64,000 nt of DNA from an uncultured Acidobacteriota bacterium. GTDB lineage: Bacteria > Acidobacteriota > Thermoanaerobaculia > Multivoradales > UBA5704. How positions within the stretch are numbered: the first letter of the stretch is position 1; every line of letters starts with the position of its first letter. The notes under the pieces are model-generated. The model saw only the letters and a program-made list of their open reading frames with translations. It did no database searches and was not told the origin of the DNA. A program made the position numbers and the translations under genes. Of this stretch, positions 57,982-64,000 are shown in pieces. The stretch lies in NCBI GenBank assembly GCA_963770895.1, contig CAVYRF010000002.1, positions 4,640,001-4,704,000 of the forward strand, in the 5' to 3' direction.

Positions 57982-58871
57982 TGCCGGGGGGCGGCGGTGG
58001 GGGCGCGGCGCGCGCCCCGGCGATCGAAATCGTCGCCCATCGCGGCGCCGGCACCGATCGCGATCGGCCGGCCGCCGGGCAGGCGCAGCGGCCGGCGGCG
58101 CCGCCGGAGAACACCCTGGCGGCGCTGGCGTGGGGGTGGGCCGCGGCGCGGGCCTGCGAGATCGACGTGCACCTGACGCGCGACCGGCGGGTGGTGGTGA
58201 TCCACGACCCCACCACCGGGCGCACCTGCGACCGCGACCTGCGGGTTGCCGAGGCCGATTTTGAGGATCTGCGCCGGTTGGACGCCGGCGCCAGGAAAGG
58301 GCCGCCCTGGACGGGTGAGCGCCTGCCGTCGCTGCGCGAGGCGCTGGAGCTGATGCCGCCGGACGGGCGCCTGTACGTCGAGGCCAAGAGCGGCCCCGCC
58401 ATCGTCGAGCCGCTGCTGGCCGACATCGCCGCCGCCGGCCGCGGTGCCGGCCAGGTGGTCTTGATCAGCTTCGGCATCGACACCATCTGGGCGCTCAAGC
58501 GCGCCTGGCCGGCGCTGCCGTGCTATTGGGTCCTGGGCTTCGAAGAGATCAGCCGCGGGCGCTGGCGCGCGACGTGGGAAGAGAGCGCCGGGAGCGAGCG
58601 GGAGCCACGCTCAGTATTGCAGGAGCCGGTCGACTACGCGGCGCTGGCCCAGATGGTGCGCGGGCAGGGGGGCGCCCTGGACGGCCTGGACGTCAGCGCC
58701 CGCCAGCCGGAGGGCTTTGCCGCCGCCATGGCCGCGGCCGGCATCCCCTGGGGCGCCTGGACCGTCGACGACGGCGCCACCGCCCTGGCGCTGGTGCGCA
58801 AGGGCGCCATCCAGCTGACCACCAACTGCCCGGCCGACCTGACCGCCGCGCTGGCCCACGCCGGCATCTGA
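57981..58871 (+). CDS. Glycerophosphodiester phosphodiesterase family protein
   Basis: TGATG overlap; 'AHRG', 'PENT', 'EIDV', 'IHD', 'WTVD', 'TTN.P'. Confidence 0.85.
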   Translation: MPGGGGGGAARAPAIEIVAHRGAGTDRDRPAAGQAQRPAAPPENTLAALAWGWAAARACEIDVHLTRDRRVVVIHDPTTGRTCDRDLRVAEADFEDLRRLDAGARKGPPWTGERLPSLREALELMPPDGRLYVEAKSGPAIVEPLLADIAAAGRGAGQVVLISFGIDTIWALKRAWPALPCYWVLGFEEISRGRWRATWEESAGSEREPRSVLQEPVDYAALAQMVRGQGGALDGLDVSARQPEGFAAAMAAAGIPWGAWTVDDGATALALVRKGAIQLTTNCPADLTAALAHAGI

Positions 58872-58950
58872 ACGACGCCTTGCCGGGCTACGCCCCCCGG
58901 CCGGGTGGTCACCCGGCGGGCGACGGACCGGCGCCGTGGGCGTGGGCCGC

Positions 58951-60534
58951 TCAGCGGCTGGCGGCGTCGGGTGCGGGGACGAAGGCGGCGTGGAAGGCGG
59001 GCGGGACGGTGCGGCCCAGGAGCAGCTCGGCGCGGGGGCCGGCGGTGATGTCCAGGGTGTCGAAGAGCAGGTAGCCGCTTTCGCCGCGATCGGCGGCGAA
59101 GAGGGGGCAGATGAGGGTGCCGCCGGCTTGGCCGGGCGGCGCCGGGGCGACGGCGGGTTCGCCGGTCAGGTAGCGGCCTGGCGGGGCCTGCCAGACGGCC
59201 GGCGGGGGAGCGCCGGGGCGCCAGCTGCCGTGCACCAGCTGGTCGTAGAACTTGCGGCCGGGGCGGCCGGCGGCGGCGATGCCCAGGGTCCAGAAGTCGT
59301 CGGGGGCGCGGCCGTCGGGCTGCGGCAGGGTGACCGGGAAGTCGGGCGCCAGCTCGTAGGCAAGGGTCCGGCGCTCGGCGATGCGGCCCTGCGCCAGGTC
59401 GACGACCAGGCGGACGGGGCGGCCGGCGCCGACGTCGGCCAGCAGGTGGGGGACCTCCTGGTACTGGTCGTAGACCGGCCGGTCCAGCTCCAGGAAATCG
59501 ACGACCAGCCGGCCTGCCGCATCCTCGCCGGCAGCGATGCCGTGCAGGCAATAGCCGCCGGGGAGGGGTACGCGCAGTGCCGCCGCTTGGCCGGTCGCGG
59601 GTGCGGGGCCGGCGGGCTCCAGGTGGCTGCGCGGGACGATTAGCAGCTCGCTGGCGGCGCGGTGTGGCTGCCAGCTGAGGGCTTCGTGCAGGCAGGCGCC
59701 GTTGGCGGTGACGGCTTCCAGGTCGAGGCAGAACGGGCTGACATGGAAGATGACGTGGTGTGGCGCCAGCAGGAAATCGTGGATCGATACCGGCAGGGCG
59801 AGCGCGACGCGGTGGCGGGCGATGAGAGTCCCGCCGGCGGAAAAGCGGTACAGGTGCAGGCAGGGGCTTTGGCGCGAGTAGGACAGGCCGAAGTTGTAGA
59901 GCTCGCCGGTCGCTGGATCGACCTTGGCGTGGGCGGCGAAGGGGCTGACCGGGTTGAGGCCGCCGCCGAAGGTGAAGGGGCCGCGGGTGGCGAGCGTCGC
60001 GGGATCGATCTCGCAGGGCAGGCCCTGTTCGCCGCAGGCCAGCAGGGTGCCGGCAAAGGGGATGACGCTGACGTTGACCGGCGACGCCAGGGCGATGCCG
60101 CGCTCCAGGCGGTCGCCGGCGAAGCGGGTGCCGAAGGCGCGGAAGAGCGCCTGGCCCGCCTGCTCTTCGGCCATCCACTTGGCGCTGCGCACGAAGCGGT
60201 TGGCGAAGTGGACGTTGCTTCCGGCATCACCATTACCACCGCTGATTCCGGTGCCGCCGGCACCGCCGCCGTCGCCGTGACCGTCGCTGTCTTTGGCGCC
60301 GCCGCCCGCGCCGGCCCCGCTGAAGGTGAGCGCCGCGATCATGCCGTCGCCGTCCAGCCAGTGCCGGTAGCGCAGCTGGCCGCGGGCGAAGCGGGCGGGG
60401 CCGTTCCAATAGCAGGTGCCGCGCAGGCCGGCGGGCACCTCGCCGGCGGCAATCCGCACCGCGCCGGCGCCCTCCTGCGGCAGCTCGAAGGCGCCTTCCA
60501 GTCCCGGCGCGTAATCGGCCGGCGGGCGGGTCAC
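58951..60534 (-). CDS. Carotenoid/lignostilbene cleavage oxygenase (RPE65) family protein
   Basis: 'WNGP', 'HWLDGDGMI', and four Fe-ligand His: FAAH, SIHDF, CLHG, AFHA. Confidence 0.88.
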   Translation of the reverse strand: MTRPPADYAPGLEGAFELPQEGAGAVRIAAGEVPAGLRGTCYWNGPARFARGQLRYRHWLDGDGMIAALTFSGAGAGGGAKDSDGHGDGGGAGGTGISGGNGDAGSNVHFANRFVRSAKWMAEEQAGQALFRAFGTRFAGDRLERGIALASPVNVSVIPFAGTLLACGEQGLPCEIDPATLATRGPFTFGGGLNPVSPFAAHAKVDPATGELYNFGLSYSRQSPCLHLYRFSAGGTLIARHRVALALPVSIHDFLLAPHHVIFHVSPFCLDLEAVTANGACLHEALSWQPHRAASELLIVPRSHLEPAGPAPATGQAAALRVPLPGGYCLHGIAAGEDAAGRLVVDFLELDRPVYDQYQEVPHLLADVGAGRPVRLVVDLAQGRIAERRTLAYELAPDFPVTLPQPDGRAPDDFWTLGIAAAGRPGRKFYDQLVHGSWRPGAPPPAVWQAPPGRYLTGEPAVAPAPPGQAGGTLICPLFAADRGESGYLLFDTLDITAGPRAELLLGRTVPPAFHAAFVPAPDAASR

Positions 60535-62528
60535 CGCTGGCCGCTCCCGCCTATCGCGCTCCGCGGCGCCGGTACTGTCGCCGGCGCCAGCCCACGATTC
60601 GGCAAATCCGCTCCAGTGTCCGACGACCCCGGCTCGCGGTCACGGTCCGGCGACGCCGGTCCCTGCTCGGCCGCTGCCGCAGCCTCGGCGCCGGTGTCGC
60701 CGGTGTCGGCGGAGCTGGGCGCGACGGTGCGGAAGCGCTGCATGCAGGCGGTCTGGAGGCGCCAGGGGTGGGGTGGGGCGCCGTCGGGGATGGCGGCCAC
60801 GCGGGCGGCGATCGCCGCCGGGTCGAAGTCGAAGCGGCGCAGATCGATGGCGCTGACGAAGTCCGCCGAGAGCGCGCGCGGGTCGCCGCTGACCACGGCG
60901 CTGGCGTGGGCGACGATGAAGCGCGCCAGCTCTTCGAGGTTGTCGAGCTGCTCGGTCAGGACCGGGCGCGCCTCCTGGGCCGTCAGGCCGACGCGGTAGA
61001 AGCAGGCTTCGGCGGCGCGCAGGTGGCCGAACTCGTAGAAGTCGAAGTGGCGCGGCGCGGCGGCCGCGGCGGCGGTGTCCGGCGACTGTCCGGCGTGCTG
61101 GTTTTTCCAGCGGTAGAAGCCGACCAGGAAGGCGTGCAGGTTGCGATTGGTCGGTCCCAGACGGGCGAAGTGGCGCAGGAACGAGGGGATGAACTGGCGG
61201 TCGGTGAACAGGTCGTTGATGAACGGAAAGACGAAGAACGAAAAGTAGACGCTGAGCTCCCAGACGTAGCGCAGGGTGAAGACCTCCTGGTCGCCCAGGA
61301 CTTCGTAGCTGACGGCGAAGCTGGGCACGTAGGCTTCGTAGACCCAGCGCGCCAGCTCTTCGTAGAGGCGCACCTTGCCGGCGAGCTCCCGCGCGTCGTC
61401 GGTCAGGATGGCGTCGACCACCAGGGTGTTGTAGATCGAGATCAGGTCGCCGCCCGGGCTGTACAGCGGGTCGGAGAAGCGGCAGGCTTCGCCGCACATC
61501 GCCCACCGCGCGGCCGACAGGGTTTGCGAGCTGTCCAGGGCGAAATCGACGTAGCCGCCCCAATCCACCACCTTGCGCTGCGGCAGGTCGCGCGCGAACA
61601 TCGGATACTGGCGGCAGACCCATTCGATCATCTTGTCCGGCGTCGCCACCTGCTCGCGCGGCACCAGGTTGCGGTCGTAGACCAGGCCCAGGCTGGTCTT
61701 GCCGTGCAGCGGGATGGTCCAGAACCAGTAGCCTTCGCCGCAAAAGTGATTGGTTGCCAGGAACGCCGGCAGGTGGCCGAGCGCCGCGCGATCGCGGCGC
61801 TTGCGCACGCCGGGCGCGTCCAGGTCGGTGAGGCGCTCGATGTCCACCAGCCCTTCGACCCAGCAGAACGTCGTGCCGTGGTGGATCGGGCTGGGGGCGA
61901 CCAGCTTGCGGCGCCGCGCCAGGACCCGCGCCCGCCCCGAGGCATCGACCACCCACGCCGCGCGTCCCGCGATCTCGCGGTCGCCGCTGCGAAAGCGGAA
62001 GCGATGGCCGCCAGCGCTGCGGGCGCTGCCGGTGTCGCCAGTACCCGAGCCGTCGGCCGCATCGGTGGCGTCGCCGGCCTGGACGCCGGCGGCGTCGTCC
62101 AGCTGGATGTCCAGCCCCTCGGTGGGGGCGTGCAGCTCGAAGCGCGGCGACAGCAGATTGACGCGCAACAGCTCGGCTTCGAAGGCATTGCGGTCCAGCT
62201 GGTAGGTGGCGATGTTGGAAAGGCCGCGGATGTAGGACTGGCTGAGCTCTTCGTAGCGGTCCGCCGCGCCCGCCGGCCCCGGCCAGTAGAAGCGCAGGTT
62301 GTACTTGAGGTAGTGCTCGCACAGCAGGTGCTCTTCCATCTGCAGCACGCGCGAATAGTAGTAGCCGCTCACCTGCACCGTCGCTTCGCCCACCTTCTGC
62401 CGCGCCGGCGGCAGGGGACGGCGATCGACCAGCAGCACCCGCCGGTCGGAATACAGCAGCAGCTGCCGGGCCAGGGAGAGCCCCGCCAGGCCGCCGCCGA
62501 CGATCAGCACGTCCACCTGCTGGGTCAT
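60531..62528 (-). CDS. Flavin-dependent halogenase-family protein
   Basis: GGGLAG, 'KVGEAT', 'WFWTIPL' (WxWxIP), 'FSDPLYSPG'; GGAGG RBS. Confidence 0.8.
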   Translation of the reverse strand: MTQQVDVLIVGGGLAGLSLARQLLLYSDRRVLLVDRRPLPPARQKVGEATVQVSGYYYSRVLQMEEHLLCEHYLKYNLRFYWPGPAGAADRYEELSQSYIRGLSNIATYQLDRNAFEAELLRVNLLSPRFELHAPTEGLDIQLDDAAGVQAGDATDAADGSGTGDTGSARSAGGHRFRFRSGDREIAGRAAWVVDASGRARVLARRRKLVAPSPIHHGTTFCWVEGLVDIERLTDLDAPGVRKRRDRAALGHLPAFLATNHFCGEGYWFWTIPLHGKTSLGLVYDRNLVPREQVATPDKMIEWVCRQYPMFARDLPQRKVVDWGGYVDFALDSSQTLSAARWAMCGEACRFSDPLYSPGGDLISIYNTLVVDAILTDDARELAGKVRLYEELARWVYEAYVPSFAVSYEVLGDQEVFTLRYVWELSVYFSFFVFPFINDLFTDRQFIPSFLRHFARLGPTNRNLHAFLVGFYRWKNQHAGQSPDTAAAAAAPRHFDFYEFGHLRAAEACFYRVGLTAQEARPVLTEQLDNLEELARFIVAHASAVVSGDPRALSADFVSAIDLRRFDFDPAAIAARVAAIPDGAPPHPWRLQTACMQRFRTVAPSSADTGDTGAEAAAAAEQGPASPDRDREPGSSDTGADLPNRGLAPATVPAPRSAIGGSGQR

Positions 62529-63895
62529 GGTGCCTCCTCCTGGCCGACGCTGCCGAAGATCAGGGCCGCGCAGTGGCCGTCGGCGCTGATCGCCGTCGCC
62601 AGCGCCCGCCGCGTGCCGCCGCCCGCCGCCGGGGGCAGCTGCCGGCTGGCGGCGGACAGCCCGGCGAGCGGCAGGCCGGGCTCGACGCGCTGCAGGCCGG
62701 CGATGCCCGGCACCAGCCCGTCGGCGAAGGTTTCCACCAGGTCGATCGCCTGCCAGGCGCCGCTCGCTCCCATGCCTTCGCCGAGCATCGCCTTGACGGC
62801 GGCGGCAGGCAGCTGGACCGGCGCCGTCGCCGCGCCCAGGCCGGCGGCGATGCCCAGCGCTTCGGCGCGGTCGATCACCGGGCTGCCGCTGGCGGAGGTG
62901 GAGAGAAAGTCGATGTCGCCGGGCGCCAGGCCGGCGTCGGCCAGCGCCAGGTGCACGGCGCGCGCCAGCGCCTCGGCCAGGGCGGCGCTCCCCACGGGCG
63001 CGCTCAGGCGGTCGGCGTCGTCGCTGGCATTGCCGCCATGACCGCCATTGTCGCCGCCGCGGTCGCCGTCGCCAGCGGCAGCGTCGCCGGCGGCAAAGGC
63101 GGCGCCCCAGCCCAGCACCTCGGCGCGCGGCACCGCCCGGCGCGCCGCCGCCGCGGCGCCGTCTTCGAGCATCAGCAGGCCGGCGCCTTCGGAGAGGCTG
63201 AAGCCGTTGCGGTGCTCGTCGAACGGCACCGGCCGCTCGCCGGGCGCGCCGCCGCGGCGCGTGCCGCACAGGCGCTCGGCGCGCGCGTGGCTGATGAACG
63301 ATTCGAAGCAGAGCTCTTCGACGCCGCCGGCGAGCACCGCCTTGGCGCGGCCGGTGCGCACCAGCTCGGCGGCTTGCGCGATGGCCAGCAGCCCGGACGC
63401 CTCGCCCGCGGCGAGCGTCGAGTTGACGCCGCGCAGGTGGTGCCAGATGGCGGTCTGGCCGGCGGCGGCGTTGATGACGCTGTTGGCGAATTCGAACGGG
63501 CTGGCGTGGGTCGGCCCCAGCTGCTTGGCGCGGCGGTCGAATTCGGCGATGGTGCGCAGGCTGCAAAAGGTGGTGCCGGCCACCAGGCCCACCTCGCCCT
63601 GGGCGCGCTCCGCTTCGCTCCAGCCGCTGGCGGCGAGCGCCAGCTGCGCCGCCACCACCAGCAGCCGCGACGTGCGGTCGAGCGGGCGCAGGTTGCGCTC
63701 GCCGACGTAGGACTGCGGGTCGAAGGGGCGGATCTCGCCGCCCTGCTGGGGGCCCAGGACGGCGGTGGCGAACAGCTCGATGGGGCGGCGCGCGACGACG
63801 CCCTGGGCCAGCGCCCGGTGCATGGCGGCCGGCGCATCGCCGAGCGGCGACAGCACGCCCGCGCCGGTGATCACCACCCGCCGCGGCGACGTCAC
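62525..63895 (-). CDS. Ketosynthase chain-length factor (catalytically inactive KS partner)
   Basis: FabF-like fold with Cys->Glu ('AAGEASG') and both His lost ('LSTSASGS', 'KAMLGEG'). Confidence 0.85.
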   Translation of the reverse strand: MTSPRRVVITGAGVLSPLGDAPAAMHRALAQGVVARRPIELFATAVLGPQQGGEIRPFDPQSYVGERNLRPLDRTSRLLVVAAQLALAASGWSEAERAQGEVGLVAGTTFCSLRTIAEFDRRAKQLGPTHASPFEFANSVINAAAGQTAIWHHLRGVNSTLAAGEASGLLAIAQAAELVRTGRAKAVLAGGVEELCFESFISHARAERLCGTRRGGAPGERPVPFDEHRNGFSLSEGAGLLMLEDGAAAAARRAVPRAEVLGWGAAFAAGDAAAGDGDRGGDNGGHGGNASDDADRLSAPVGSAALAEALARAVHLALADAGLAPGDIDFLSTSASGSPVIDRAEALGIAAGLGAATAPVQLPAAAVKAMLGEGMGASGAWQAIDLVETFADGLVPGIAGLQRVEPGLPLAGLSAASRQLPPAAGGGTRRALATAISADGHCAALIFGSVGQEEAP

Positions 63896-64000
63896 GCCAC
63901 CGCCTTGCGGAAGATCGTCGACGCGTTGTTGCCGCCAAAGGCGTAGGCGTTGTTCATCGCCACCTGGACGCGGTGGTCGCGCGCCGCGTTCGGCACGAAG
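63892..64000 (-). CDS. 3' end of a FabF-type ketosynthase (extends beyond window)
   Basis: 'FVPNAARDHRVQVAMNNAYAFGGNNASTIFRK'; GTGA overlap with the CLF start. Confidence 0.8.
   Translation of the reverse strand, partial: FVPNAARDHRVQVAMNNAYAFGGNNASTIFRKAVA

Overview
Very high-GC bacterial chromosome segment. The gene content (ELWxxDGT repeat proteins, a repeated 'LCL..RF.V...W...G.FWFF' C-terminal domain) suggests Acidobacteriota, possibly Thermoanaerobaculia-like; this is inference. I saw no rRNA, tRNA or CRISPR array. Left to right: (1) the decayed right end of an integrative element, where a VirD4/TraG-like ATPase is fused in frame to a serine-recombinase tail and reads through into a host PQQ-propeller gene; (2) a lower-GC restriction endonuclease-NACHT defence gene plus a 104-bp inverted-repeat element, sitting between a DUF3142 gene and its probable partner; (3) core and secretome genes (PLP decarboxylase, two PilT ATPases, M28, S53 and S10 peptidases, two ELWxxDGT proteins, truA, a dehydratase, a BoxD-like ALDH, an HhH glycosylase); (4) a 38.9-47.6 kb plasticity zone with duplicated gene 3' ends, a truncated Ig-repeat protein with a Cys-rich low-GC tip plus a coupled partner gene, a 7x132-bp repeat beta-propeller, a toxin/antitoxin/DUF2188 triad and more copies of a GCA-triloop hairpin repeat; (5) fcs, a MetX-like hydrolase, a MacAB-like ABC exporter and GDPD; (6) the end of a type II PKS cluster (KS, CLF, flavin halogenase, carotenoid-cleavage-type oxygenase). 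Best novelty candidates are the polymorphic-tip cassette, the hairpin repeat at insertion junctions, the shared C-terminal domain and the halogenase/oxygenase PKS cluster. All family assignments come from motif recognition, not database searches.
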